Source: Paraspadella gotoi (Eukaryota; Animalia; Chaetognatha). Taken from it: DNA of 64,000 nucleotides. A program made the translations under genes and the position numbers. This document shows, one piece after another, positions 12,108 to 25,827 of this stretch. The stretch's first letter is position 1, and every line of letters starts with the position of its first letter. The stretch covers positions 15,272,355 to 15,336,354 of the forward strand of contig CM119264.1 in the NCBI GenBank assembly GCA_051294375.1, given 5' to 3'. A model generated the notes under the pieces. The model saw nothing but the letters and a program-made list of their open reading frames with translations, ran no database searches and was not told the DNA's origin.

Positions 12108-14129
12108 CTGTTAGGGGGAATAAACATCAGACTTGTAAAACTGATGGATTATCAAACTACGGTAAATTTAAATGAGGACATGCAGCCACAAATCCATAGG
12201 AAAAAATTATCTTGACATAATTATTATTTTTAACCGAATTTCTGGAAAACGCGTTTGCAATTTGGGTAGTCAGATTTGAACGGAATTCTCTATTAGAAAA
12301 ATGTTGAATTTTTTTTAAAGCGAGATTCTCGTCTACATAATTATCATTTTTTATTTGGCTGGAATCTGAAGACTGAAGAGTAGGGTGAAGTAAAAGTTTG
12401 GAATCAAAATTTAGCAGTTATATTTTGAAAACAATCATATTAGTGAATACTAATCTGTAATTATTTTTTCTTATACATATATATTAACCCAGTCAGCTTA
12501 TTTTGTATATACTATATAGTATATAGCAGACATGTTTCGACTCTCTACTCTTAACAAGTATTTCTCTTTAACATTAAGTTTGAGAGAAAGAGATAGAAAG
12601 AGGGAGAGTTTCCAACAAAGAATAGTGGGATAAAGGATAGTGGTCAGATGTGAGGACAGGTGAAGGTAAGGACAGGGGAGGAGTGAGTTTGGTGAAATTT
12701 GAAATTAAGAGAGAATGGGAGAGAGAGAGAGAAAAAATCTTGACATTTGACAATATACAATAATGATAAAGGAAGAGAAAAATAAATTGGCAAACTTAAA
12801 AATTAGACTAAAAATAATAATGGTAATAATGAATAAATTAATTAAAGGTTGAAATTTAAATGGAAGAATAAGTGATGAGGGATAGGTAATTAAAGAGTTA
12901 GTGAAAATAAGATGAGAAAGGAGCTCAAAGTGAGCTGGCCCCAAGACCTTTCCATATATGAAAAGTTTTAAAATAAAAAAACGAGTATTGTAAAAAAGGT
13001 GCCCATACATCATATGAATTTTTTGAACATTTTTTTTATTCTATTTTTTTGTTATCTATTCATGATTTATAGTTAATAATAAAGACTATTGTGAAGAGTC
13101 GATTTAGTTTTGAAATAAATAGAATTTTTAATTCATCTTTGATTTTAATTCATTTCATATCTTGTATAGTTGATGAATTTATCAACAAGTCGGATCTATT
13201 CTTAAATTAAGCAAGCTTAATATAATTTTCTAAGTCTTTTACAACCTTTGATTAAGCAATGTATTTAACACAAATTATAATTCAACTCAGTTCTGGATAA
13301 CTAGCTTGACAAAGGTCATGAATGAAAAAAATAGAATAACTAGTTAGGCACAGAGTTGATTGGAAGGCCTGGTTTAGGGTTGGGAAAGAGGCCTGTGGGT
13401 GATGTGTCGAAGGTTGTTAGGTTTAGGATTAAGGCATGAAGAAGTACGGGAGGCCCGGGTTTGGGTTGGGGGAGAGGCACGGAGTTGAATGAAAGGCCCA
13501 GCTGAGGGTTGGGGGAGCGGTTAGGGTTGAGGCACTAGGATGTACGGGAGGCCCGGGTTGGATAGGCATGGAGTTGAACGGGAGGCCCGGGTTAGGATTG
13601 GGGGAGGGGCCCGTGGGTGATGTGTTCATCCCCATGCCTCAACATCAGCTGCGAGCCTCTCCTCTAACTCGCGCCTTTCATTATATTCGCAACTTTTATC
13701 ACTGGCGAGGCACTGAGAAAGCTTGTATAGAGAGACCTGCAGGTAAAATTCCCGCTCTTCTCCGGACCCACCAAACTCCTACACTGACCTCCAGGTTAAA
13801 CTCCCGCTCTTCTCCGGACCCACCAATCGCCTACACAGAAAGCTTGTATAAGCTTGTATATTGTATAAAGTATACTGTATATTGTATAGAGAGACCTCCT
13901 GGTTAAGCTCCCACTCTTCTCCGGACCCACCAGTGGGGGTACTGGCGATATCGCCATGGCGACATCACTATCTGAATATACTACGACTAGAAACTACTCT
14001 AGAAAAGTTTAAATCTATGATTAATTATTATGATTATAGATTAATCAATTTAATCAATTCACAGACAAAGGTCTTGAAGTCCGCCCTTCATCATCATGGT
14101 TAATATTAATTATTCAAGCAAGGGCTTAC

Positions 14130-14851
14130 CTCGCTTAAACTTTTAGAGTTTGTTTTCTTAGTTGTTACAGCACTTGCCTTTCTTGGAGTCTGCTTGGCCT
14201 TTATACGTGCATTGTCGCCGCAGCCATGAATCTCAGCCATGTGATGCTTTAAGCAAAATCGCGCAGTACAAAATTCACACGTCTGACCTAAGACTTGTAT
14301 CTTAGCTTTGCAACCGTCGAAGTTACATACGTTGTCTCTCAGGCGAGCCAATTTAATTAATTCGTCGAAATCCTCGCTACAACCGTCTCTTAAAGGATCA
14401 GGACGTTTTGCTAAATATTTTTTCTTTTTAACAGATTGTTCCCATGCTACAGCAGTACTATTGGCAGCTTCAGCACTCTGCGGTGCTAACAACCGTTGAC
14501 ACTTTAGTCGATGTAAAGCGAAATTTTGGAGTAAAACCAACTTTTGGCAAGTATCACAAGTCCGATCCGATTTCTCTTCAGGATTTTCCGATTCAGTGAG
14601 TTCTTTTAAATGGTTATTTTTTAAATCCTCCTCTTCCAATTTGACGTAGCTTTTTTTCTTCTTATTCTTTTTCTTGTTTTTCTTATCGAATACTGTTAGG
14701 TGATTTGGGTCTTGATCACTTGTAAGGTGAGTGGATGATTTAGATGTGGTCGGCTTATTTTTTCTTAAAACAAGACGCCTCGCAGCACCTTCACCAACGC
14801 TTTCGTGGAAGAGACCTTTTTTGCTGGCAACCTCGTGCACGATCGCTCGTT
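14130..14851 (-). CDS. IGHMBP2: IGHMBP2 exon: R3H domain (ERAIVHEVASKKGLFHESVGEG..R) and AN1-type zinc finger (CNFDGC...CEFC...FCLKHHMAEIHGC)
   Basis: aacag|AA completes GAA; GAG|gtaagc donor; ORF track 14106-14840. Confidence 0.93.
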
Positions 14852-14884
14852 CTGTTCGACGTTAATTAAGCATTACATTGAATA

Positions 14885-15826
14885 CAGAAGGCTTCATATT
14901 ATAAAATGAGGTACCCGCATTTTTTGTGACCAGAATCTGTTCCCACCAAACTACCTGATCGAATTTCATGAATTTCAAATTTACATATAATAATTTATAA
15001 TTTACCTGATCGAATTTCATGAATTTCAAATTACATATAGAGTCCTAATGACAATATAAATAGAATTTTGATATTCAACCCCTGACAAGAGATACAGGGC
15101 CCTGGGGGGCCGAAAAAAAAGCTACAAATTTGTTTCCCATTTTTTAGTAGCATTGACGTTTTAAACACATAAAAAACATTTTAGAACTAAAATTGATAAG
15201 TTTTCAATAATTAAGCATGGTTTAAAGATGCATGGTTCATAGTTTTACTTCCAATTTTCCCAAATTATTTCAAATCTGATTTGAACTGCTGATGTTCATG
15301 AAGCTGAAAATTAAGGTAAATTATTATTTTTGTGATAATAAATGTTTTTGTGGAAGTGTAAACATTTATGCAACTTCAGAAAAAAAATTTTGACAATTTT
15401 TTGCCCCTATGGTTGACCCCTCCGGGGGCCCCATATCTCGGCTCAGGGGCCAAATATTGAAATTCTCATAGGGATCGTTCATACCAAATTTTAATAAATT
15501 TGGTCCAGTAGTTTTCTCGGAACGGGTTCTGGTCACAAAAAAGGGGTACTGTGGTGGTATATTCACTCCACCTCACGTCCACAATACCATTGGCTCCGAG
15601 GGGGAACACACTATCCCAGGAGTTGTGTTCCATCCACAGTCCTAACGAATCCCTCTGCGTTGGCAAAGCGAGACCGTCCTAGGGTAACCGCGCCAGTGAC
15701 TGGATGTGTCACTGAGGGTCGGAAGCCCACAAAGCCAACAGTGAGATGCCCTATCCCAATGGGAATCACAGGCAACACAACACGGCTGTTGCCATAGTAC
15801 CTCATTTTATAATATGAAGCCTTCTG
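14885..15826. mobile_element. Tc1/mariner-type MITE forming most of an IGHMBP2 intron
   Basis: TA-CAGAAGGCTTCATATTATAAAATGAGGTAC perfect IR at 14883-14914 / 15797-15828, continuing inward past the inserted LTR. Confidence 0.85.
15550..15796 (+). mobile_element. Solo LTR, family A, inserted in the TIR of a Tc1-type MITE; twister at 15659-15739 (U15685^A15686)
   Basis: TSD GTAC (15546-49 / 15797-800); same twister core with one P4 mismatch. Confidence 0.87.
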
Positions 15827-15859
15827 TAAGCATTAATTAAAGGTATTCCAAAGACCAAC

Positions 15860-16344
15860 CTTTAGGCGTCAGGCTCGGCGAAAATTCAAAAACATTAAGT
15901 TGATCGTCCTCTGCAAAATCTTCAACCATCTTTAAAAGGTAGTTGATAGGCGAGGGTTCGCTTACTTCGATCGATGACAAAGTCGGTATAAGATTTTCTA
16001 CTTTTCGCGGTGTTATCGAGGGCTTTTCAGACATCTTGTTTCCCGTAAGCTTTTTCGGAGACTTTTTTTTAGCCCTCTCCGAGTCTGGTTTGAAGTTTAT
16101 TTCAGATTTTTCGGCGTAGGAAACGACGCCTTCTCCAACTGGTATTAAACCAGCGTCAATGAACTCTTGGGCCGATTTAACGTCGCCAACACTTTGTATG
16201 TGGTCTAGGAGTGATTGGATGAAATGGTGAGTACCGACAGTAGAAGAATCGCAAACGACAGTAAGGTGACGTCTTGCGCGCGTCACGGCGACGTTCAGAC
16301 GACGATCTTCAGAAAGGAAACCCACTTCCCGAGAAGAGTTTGAC
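15860..16344 (-). CDS. IGHMBP2: IGHMBP2 exon (SNSSREVGFLSEDRRLNVAVTRARRH...FSPSLTPK), motif VI and start of R3H
   Basis: tttag|G and AAAG|gttggt; 485 nt, phase 2/1; RRLNVAVTRAR motif. Confidence 0.93.
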
Positions 16345-16386
16345 CTAAACAGATTAAGTTTAGGTTAAACTTAATTTGTTTGCTGA

Positions 16387-17185
16387 AACAAGTTTGAGCA
16401 AACAACATCGGATCTGGCTACGATAATTAAGCGGTAATAAGCTAATCTGATGATAAATCGCGGTAATATTTTCTGACTTTCAATTTGTGATCTTAACAGA
16501 TCATAACAAATCGTAACATAACAAATCATAACAGAATTCTTGATAAATATCTGAAAAAAAAAATGCATAATTTGCATTTGGTCAACTGGCATAATTTGGT
16601 CAACGAGCATAATTTGGTCAATCAGTCAATCAATCAATCATTCAATCAGAGAGAGATAGAAAGAGAGAAACTTTAAAAAATTCAAATAAATGTACATTTT
16701 TGTTTTCTAATTTAAATTCTTCCACTCCTACAATTCCATCAAAAATTTATATCCAGCTTAACCACATAATTTCCTACCCGCAAACAAAATTTCATTTAAA
16801 TTTATCTATCTAATTTTTAATCAATATAATAATTATGTGTAAATATAAGTAAAAATACTTGGAGTAAATTTGACTTTTGTTTTTTCCATTTAAACTCATT
16901 TCCACTCGCACGATACCATCAAAACTTTATATCCAGCTCAATAACACACTTTCCTACCCACACACAAAATTTCATTCCAATCAATCCATCCAATCACGAG
17001 TAATTGGAGGTGGGACCGACCTTCAGACAGACAGACGGACGGACTGACTTTTTTTGCACAATTTATCATAATTCGATGTTCTGACATGATTTAAGTCAGT
17101 GCCCGACAAGATTAAGGGGGGGACCGACGGACCGACAAAGTGGGTTATAGAGTAGGAATCTGCTTATAAGCAGATCCGACTAAAA
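16387..17185 (+). mobile_element. Helentron/HINE-like repeat (AAACAAGTTTGAGCAAAC...GACAGACGGAC...AGCAGATCCGACTAAAAA); fragments near 4040, 18800, 24500, 25900, 47090 and 50100
   Basis: Shared terminal motifs, GACR microsatellite and 3' hairpin; classification by analogy only. Confidence 0.5.
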
Positions 17186-17279
17186 ATCAATAATTATTAT
17201 AATATGGGAATTAGGAAAATATGGGACCCATAGCGCAAAAAAAATAATTAGAATCACATTCTTTTGCGCAGTACAAGTA

Positions 17280-17903
17280 CAGTCCTGTGCAAAATAAAGA
17301 GGACACCCAAAAACATTATGAATAAAAATCAAGTTTGATTCCTTTAAAATGAAAGATATTATAAATGAATAAAATTATTGAATGAATAGAATTATTGGTA
17401 TAAATTTGGTTAATCCATAGCTATCCATTATGAAGCAGTAATTTTTAGTAATTACTGAGTTACCACTACTAAGTACTCAAACAGAATCTTAAAGCATAAA
17501 AAAATTTAACTATTTTTAATCTCTTATATTTAAGGTACTGTAGCTCTGTCATAACTGGACCAATCTTTTTTTAAATTATACAATACACATACTTTTTTTT
17601 CATATTTAAAAAAAATATATAAATACAATGCCCATAAATTAAGGCTAAAAAGTATTTTCGGTTTTTAACAAATCTTCAAAAATGTTTTTTTGAAACGACG
17701 AATGACAAATTTTTTTTTACCACTTGTCTTTCAGGATCTATAGCTTTTGAATGCTTGGTCCATTTTTTTTAAAACTTATACATAAGGATTTTTTATTTCA
17801 AAATCTATATTTATCATTCATAATTTTTTAAAAATATGTGCTTAAAACGAGTGCTACTTAATGTTTGAAGAATGAAGAGTGTCCCTTTTTTTGCACAGGA
17901 CTG
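17280..17903. mobile_element. Tc1/mariner-type MITE
   Basis: TA-CAGTCCTGTGCAAAA...TTTTGCACAGGACTG-TA. Confidence 0.87.
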
Positions 17904-18573
17904 TACAATAGGGTGAAGTGAAAGTTTGGAATCAAAATTTAGCAAATATATATTGAAAACTATCATATTAGTGAATATTAATCTGTAATTATTTTTATTT
18001 TTTTACAAATATAGTAGCCCAGTCAGCTTATTTTGTATATAGTACTACCCTTATATAATGTCAAAATTTCAAAATATTTTTTTTTAAATTCTGAGAACAG
18101 ATTCAGATCCCTCGTTAAAAGTTAATAAAGAAAATATAAATCTTTTTCAAAAATTATGTCATTAAGTAGGTTAAAATTATGAAAAACTATATTTTTTAGC
18201 TCGAAATTGAAAATCGGTATGTTCAATACATTTTTTTACATTTTTAACCAACTTATTGAAAGAATTTTTAAAAAAGAATTATACTTTCTTATATTAACTT
18301 TTTGCAAAGAATCCAAATCCGATCTTAAAATTTAAAAATTTTTATTTTGAAATTTTAGCTTATAATATACTTATTACTATATATAAATATAGCTCACTGG
18401 TAGCCATTAATGTATAAAATTAAAAAATAAATTTACTAAAGTATTTTTATTAGTTTTTATTTTTATATTTTATATGCTAAATTTAAATTTTTAAAATTTT
18501 TATCATTTTCACATCACTCTACTGTACAATGTACAGTGTACATGTTACTTTATTTAATTATAATTATGCTTAC

Positions 18574-18683
18574 CTGACGAGTGAAATGAGAATGGCCTCA
18601 TTTTCCCTTCCTTGGAAACCGTCGACAGTCATGATTTCAATTTTTTCCGACAAAGGCCTAACTCGATTTCGAATGATTTCTAC
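18574..18683 (-). CDS. IGHMBP2: IGHMBP2 exon (VEIIRNRV...TVDGFQGRENEAILISLVR), motif V
   Basis: tacag|GTA and AG|gtaagc; 110 nt, phase 0/2; VDGFQGRE motif. Confidence 0.93.
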
Positions 18684-21600
18684 CTGTATTATTCAAAATC
18701 ACGTTAACAGATTGAAAAAAAGAAAAACAACAACGTCAACGGTAATTCAAATGTGTTGCGCCGAAGTGACTGCCTGATCACGTGTATTTTTCGTGACATG
18801 ACATGAATTTAAATTTTATAAAAAATATTATATAAACTAATTTCCAATTGGACGATTCCATCGAAACTTGATCTACAGCTAAATCATATCCTTCTCAACC
18901 CACACACGAGTAATTGGCGTTCAAAACTAAGGGGAGATATGAATATTTTGTATAATTTATAATAATTTGAAGTTCTGAGATGATCTAAATTTTTTACCGA
19001 CAAGATTTAAGGGTAGGCTTTACCGACAGACAATGTGAATTGTAGAGCAGAGATCTGCTGTAAGCAGATCCGGTTAAAAAATATAGAGAGAGATATACAA
19101 ATAAAAAAAATATAAATAAAACAAACAAACGCAAATAAATACATGAAAACAAAAATATTAAAATTATAAAAGAGCTTGATGATAAGAAACCATATTTAAT
19201 TTATTATCTTCACACCATTACAAACTTTTAAAGGGGTAGGACCATTCAGGGGCGAGACCTTATATCGTGACAAAATTGAAAAAATCATTACTCTCAAGCT
19301 TTTAATGATTATTAAAATCTGAATAAATATTCTCTTAGCTTTTAAACAATACATTAATTGTTTTGAAATTCTTTGATATTATGCTTTTTTTTGATGCAGC
19401 AAAGGCAACTGCTCGCTTTGAATATTAATTGTTAAATCTCATTCTAATACATAAAAATTAAAAATATTTTTGGAAGTACTTATTTGTAGTATATTAATGC
19501 TTCTGGCAAGGTGTACATGCTATCTTGGTTAAAATTTTTTTAAAGTAAGCAGATAAAATTTGGGTAAGTTAATGTTATGGTTTAATTTTTATTGAAACTT
19601 ACTTTTATTAAGAAATTTATTAACGATATTGTCAGATAATTGAATTAATCATGTAAGATTTTTTAATGCATAATAAAAGCATCAAAAATTTAATAAATAC
19701 AAACTAACTAATACACTAACTCTTTACTTACCTATCCCTCACCACTTATTCTTCCATTTCAATTTTACTTCATTTTACTAATTTATTTTTCATTGTTGTT
19801 AATAGTATTAATACTTAGTTAATCTTTAAGTTTACTTATTTATTCTTATTTTCTCTGTTGTACATTACTAAATGTATTAATTTCGTTTCTCTCTCTCTCT
19901 CTCTTTTCATTTTTATAATTTTACTTCTCCTTCCCCCATCCTTACCTTGAACTGTCCTCACATCTGACCACTATCTCTCACTCAATTCTTTGTTGGAATC
20001 ACTCTCTTATATTCTCTCTCTCTCTCTCACTAACACTCAACTTTCACAGAGAAAAATTGTTGTAAAATAACTTCCTGATGAAGACTAAAACTGTAAGAAT
20101 CGAAAAACATGTCCGACTTATCATAAAATTCGTTGTCACATTTCCTAAAACATGTCACATGTCCTAAAACAATGAAATAGAAAGTCTATACATAAAGCTT
20201 ATTCATTATACATACATACATATTTTTTTGTTCAGCTTTGCGGTAGTACTTTATCCCTGCTCCTAAACAGATGGCCCGATTTTAATAAAATTTATGACAA
20301 ACTTATCAGCTTTCAATAAACTTTACATCACTTTTAAATTTTTTTTAAAATTCAAGTTTATAGAGTGATTTTTAAAGTCTGAAATAAAGTGGCGCATTTT
20401 TTCATAATATAATATATAATATAATATATAGTCCTATAAAAAAATGTGCTACTTTATTTCAGACTTTAAAAATCACTCTATAAACTTGAATTTTTTAAAA
20501 AATTTAAAATTGATATATATCTAGTTAAACAAATAGAACTGTCTAAGAGATTTTAAATCTTTAATCTTTAAACCAAGATATTGGCCTTTAAGTAGGGGAA
20601 TCTGGCGTTAAGCGTCCGAGATAAAAATTAGCGAATAAAAAAGTTATTTTACTCACTGAATACTGAATACTTACAAAATACTTAAAATTGATAAAATTAT
20701 TATTGCAAAAACATTGTTCAATCACATGCAATATATCTAGTGCCTTTTTTTTCATTGAAATCGATAGACGTAGACGCGCATAGACGCGATATGCCTTGAA
20801 AGCAAATTGTTTGGTTTGGTTCCACTTAAATTTTGAGCTTTGGCCAAGTCAATTGGTAATAAAAAAATTGATTTTCTTTGATATCTTTTGAACCAAAAAT
20901 GTAGGGAAGTGATTTTTAATTTTTATTAAGAAAATTTTTTTTCACGTGCTGTCATGTAGCAGACATCGTTAGCTTTTGTATGATACCTCACATGATGCAT
21001 TAAAATTATTTTATGATAGCATTATGACATAAGAAGAAAAAATTGTGATAATTTTTTTCTGCCAGGCCTCGTAGACATAGCTAAATCTTAAAATTTCAAA
21101 ATCTGATAATAGTCTTTTAGCCATATGTCAGTAGTTTTTAAATCAGGGGGAACAAAGTTTGAACTCCTAAATTATCATATTTAAATCATATGTTTTTTAA
21201 GGTTCCTACATGAATTTTTAAATTTTTTTTGGTTTTCAACAAAATTATAATCATTATCCTTAGTAATTATATAAACATTTGAGGTATAAAAAATTTTTGT
21301 TTATATCAGAAAGATGCCCCATAATTATGGCTTTAAGAAAAAGGGTCATTCAATTCAACTTCAAAATAGGCTAAAATGGAGTACAAATTCAGAAAGCTGA
21401 GCTCCTGGCGATTCCGAAAATGTATTCACTTTAAGCATTTGATTTATTCTACCCCATTTTATATCGGTTTTAATTATAATATAAAATAAAAGAAACCTAT
21501 CTGAAGAGTTGCAGGTCAAACAAAAAGGCCAATCCATCTGATTTTTTTTATGAATTCTTTATTACTGAATTAGAAAAATGTAATAGAGAGACATTTTTAA

Positions 21601-21907
21601 ATTTCAACTTGTATCCTTGAAAATGAAACGTTTTTAAACTTTAACCCTGAATTCTTTCTAACTGGAACGCGTTTATCAAAATGTCTCTCTATTACATTTT
21701 TACAAATGTTTTTAAGATTGCTAATCAAATTTTTAATTCAATATTATTGCAGTTGTTTAGGCTGCAACTCTTCAAATTCAGTGTAGATTCATTGTAGCTC
21801 GAATTTCTTTACCATCTATTTAACTGAAGATTTTGTTCATGACTGGAAAACCAACAGAGTAACGAGATTAATTGTTTAATTCTCCCCTTCTAAACAATCC
21901 CATACGA

Positions 21908-23610
21908 TGTGATTTCCCTGCGATCAACGCCATCTTGAATTCTGTTATCTTAGATTCACAACGTCTCAGCGTCAACGTCAACGGTCACGTGATATTCATC
22001 AAAATCGTTCCCTGAGACCTTGCCACATATATCAGTAATCACAAAAAAATAAGTTTTTATTTATATTAAACAGTAAGGCGTAGTAAAATTTCTAAATTTA
22101 ACTTTAATTAAAATTCTAAAAGTGAAGAACGAACAACATTATACTAATGAACATTTGTAGCCAATCGAGTGTATTATTTCACTTATGGAAATAAAGTCGC
22201 CGCTCCCGGGATCGAACCCGGACTATCTCTGGCGAGATTCCCAGTCATCAGCCAACCAGACCCCTGGAAATCCAACAACTTCGAATTTAACAAAAAGCAT
22301 TTCAAGATCTGATCATTTGTTTTCTTCATCTCCTGAGATGTCAGAATTATTTAAATCTTTAATATTCTTTTGTTTATAGACTGTTTACTTTTTAATTGTT
22401 AACTGAAGATTCTTCAGTCTGGTTTTTATCTCTTGAAGTTAATACATGTTATTAATTATTACTTCACTCGTTTTTAATTACTAATGTGATAAGTACATTA
22501 AGAAGTCTTATAAACAATTCGAATACCGTTTCACGCCTTCCCTGCGACAACATCTCTTAAAGACTCAAACTCTCACTAATGTCGTCTTAGAACCGTGCAA
22601 CGCCAGTGCCACGCCCTCCGTCACGCTGTGGCGCGCCTACAAGGCCTTACCACACTTGGTGAGACTGACGCGAACGAGACCAACCTTCAAACGGGAGAAT
22701 CCAACGGAAATCAACCTCTTCTGAGGTAAGATTGGGTGAGTGAATGGGAAATTGAGTGATCCACCCAATCCGCTCACACTCTATTAATTTTTCTCCCTCT
22801 CTCTCGCGACAACGATTCGACGGAGATAAAGAGAACGGCATCAATGAGTGGCTCCGATTTACGCTCGCGCCTCCGCTCAGCACAACGCGACGCCGACGAC
22901 GAGGCGGCGCGACTTCAGCTTCCAGTCGGTTTTGGACGAGATCATCGATCAAGATCGAACTCACCTCGACTCGCAGAAACAGCGCCTACTTTCGACTATT
23001 AAGCAGCCGGCGACGATCATTTCGAGGACGCCGTCTAACTAACGGATCAGGAACTGGATCTGCGTGATGAGCGAGCGAGCGAGCCTCAAACAGAAAGCCA
23101 GATCTGCCGGACTTCGACTCGAGTAACATCGAGATCTGGATCAAAAGAATCGAAGCGGCTTATACTCGCGCGGGAGTAACCAATCCAAAAAACAAATTTG
23201 CTTACCTCGAGAGTAAGATTAGGATAAACGTTGATCCAAACATTAACCAATATCTTTTTGGCGAAACCAACGAGACGACTTGGAACCAATTTATCGACTA
23301 TCTGAGAAGAGAATATGGCATCACTCGACGACGACAAGCTGCACATCTTGACGCTATCGACGTCGACGGCATTAAGCCGTCGAAGATGTTGGCCCAACTC
23401 GAGGAACGGACCAAAACTCTTACTATAGATGACGTCAAAAAGGAGAAAATCCTCCGCGAGCTTCCTAGCGAAATTCGACGGCAATTGAAAGACAAAGCGG
23501 ACGACCTCTCAGCCAAGGAACTTTGTCAGCTGGCCGATCGACATTATGAGGTCGACGGGACGCTCAAAATTCGCCAATCATCGTCTCTGGTGAATAACGT
23601 CGCCAGTCAA
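21908..23610 (+). mobile_element. 5' part of a Gypsy element: LTR ~21908-22654, PBS TGGTGAGACTGAC, gag remnant
   Basis: TGTG...CACA ends; gag-like LPDFDSSNIEIWIKRIEAAY...KFAYLESK (~23100-23560); it truncates a family E element. Confidence 0.75.
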
Positions 23611-23939
23611 TTTTGCCTATCTATAAAAACTTTTTATTGCTTTGTGACTAATCATGCAAGGTTTTTTGATTTAACTCTATGTACTTCCATAGTTAGATTT
23701 TGGGTCTAGCATAAGGATCGTCGCAATCGCATATGAAAAATCTGGATTGACGACAAATTTTGATACTAAAAAAAATAAAATTTGAGAAAAAAAAAATTTA
23801 TAAACAGAAAGAAAAAATATATTTTGCAATTACCAATTAAAAAAATAATAAAGTACGAAGAAAATTAAAGTTAGTTTCTTGAAAAAAAAAATTTAATTGT
23901 CAAATATACTGATCAGCAGACGCAGCCCCTCAGGAAAAA

Positions 23940-23979
<40 letters not shown>

Positions 23980-24717
23980 GCCAAATGGTTTTCGGACAAA
24001 TCAGCAACGGCAGCAGCAGAGGTACCCAGAAAAAGAAAAAAGAAATCAAAAGGCAGCAGCAGAAGCAGCAGGAGAAAAGAGAGAAAAAGAATAAGCCCCT
24101 GCAGAGCCAGCTGCAGACTCGTTTTTTCCCTATGAATCAGTGACTAGGGAAAAGAGAGAGGGAGAGAGACATGTAATTAAAAGAGAAAAGAGAGAGAGAA
24201 AGAAATATAAAAATAAAAGAAAGATAAAGATAAAACGTAAACAAAACATATTTAATAACTGTCCAGACTCAATTTTAAGCACATCGATGATGAGAAGCTG
24301 TATATAAATTTTCAGCTTCATACACCCAAATTTAATCATAAAAAAGGCGATCTATAATTTGGAACGCCGATGACAACGACGACGACGCCAGTTATGCGCA
24401 AAAGCATTACAATATCGTCGTAAACCCTTAGCGATTGCGACGATAAAAAATAATTTATTAATTAATTATCTGATCAGCTGCTGACCGCTAATGATCGTGG
24501 CAAGCTCTGGCATTGTTTGCTCAAACTTGTTTTCTCGTGTATTTCCTTTTTATCACAAGAAATGACATGACATGATAAAAAAACTTTTTTGCCCGTATAA
24601 CCAATGAGCAACCAATTATAAGAAAATTATATGCATTTTTAATGTTAGACATACCGACCGACCGATCGACAGACCAAAAAGTGACTTATAGAGTTGCTCC
24701 GTCAGTACATTTTTTAC

Positions 24718-24792
24718 CTGCAAATTGTATGGAGTTATAATCGCAATTTCTTCAGCCTTTACCCCGGAATCAAGAAGATCAGCAACTTGAAT
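24718..24792 (-). CDS. IGHMBP2: IGHMBP2 exon (IQVADLLDSGVKAEEIAIITPYNLQ)
   Basis: ttccag|ATT and CAG|gtaaaa; 75 nt; IxPYNLQ motif; too short for the ORF track. Confidence 0.92.
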
Positions 24793-24930
24793 CTGGAAAG
24801 TAATAACTAGATTATAGATATGAAGTGGGTTAATCTGGGAAATGTCCGCTACAGAATAATAAAACTAGGATATAAAAGTAAGCAGTTATTAATTATACGA
24901 GTATCTAACCATGTTCTATTTGTTCATTAC

Positions 24931-25200
24931 CTTCAAAATTTCGGCCTCGCCCTTATTTCCCTTCGACAACCCGTCGTCGCCTCCATCCGTTTCCCACATG
25001 TCCGTACCCGCCGTGTCTATAAGCATCAACGGAGTCGATGTGACATCATTTTCGGTTACCTCACCGTTGGGACGCAGATGGACCAAAAGATGATGCGCCA
25101 CTGAGGAAGCCGCCACTAATCGATCAGAATATAGGCAACGTGAGGGCCAGCGCATGATGTGTTCATGCATACGGTATTGCGTCGTCAGCATCCGGACGAT
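24931..25200 (-). CDS. IGHMBP2: IGHMBP2 exon (IVRMLTTQYRMH...LIDTAG...SKGNKGEAEILK)
   Basis: ttcag|ATC and AAG|gtaatg; 270 nt; QYRMH motif. Confidence 0.93.
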
Positions 25201-25564
25201 CTGAACAGAGGACGGAGGGAAGGATGTCAAGCAAAATGACAGTAAGACGTATAAGGCAAGCAAGTTTAGCGTAATTTTGGTAGAGTGGTCTTTTTTGGAG
25301 GCGTGGCGAGTCTAATCCAGGCCTGCCACCACGTAGGCATGGTTTATTACGGATAATTTATAGGAGTTTTATTTTCACAAACGAGGAGATAATAATTATT
25401 GAAGGATATTATGATTATAAAAACCGATGGTTTAAAAAACAAAATAAATAGTTCATGAACTTGGGAATTTTGATGTTAGTTTTGAAGACTACCTCGTTTC
25501 ATCTCTCATCTCTTTCCCTTCGATCCCGTGAGGGAAGCCACATCTCTGATTGGTCAAGAGAGAA

Positions 25565-25827
25565 GCACCATCTCTTTTCAACTCGCACCATCTCTTTTCA
25601 ACTCGCACCATCTCTTTTCAACTCGCACCATCTCTTTTCAACTCGCACCATCTCTTTTCAACTCGCACCATCTCTTTTCAACTCGCACCATCTCTTTTCA
25701 ACTCGCACCATCTCTTTTCAACTCGCACCATCTCTTTTCAACTCGCACCATCTCTTTTCAACTCGCACCATCTCTTTTCAACTCGCACCATCTCTTTTCA
25801 ACTCGCACCATCTCTTTTCAACTCGCA
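25565..25827. repeat. Perfect minisatellite, 13 x 20 bp (GCACCATCTCTTTTCAACTC)
   Basis: Identical units with no spacers. Confidence 0.97.

Noticed and set aside
13380-13960. Pro-Asn-rich ORFs and short GGGAGGCCCGGGTT / CTCTTCTCCGGACCCACC repeats
   Set aside because: No splice sites or domain motifs; most likely the interior of an unclassified repeat.
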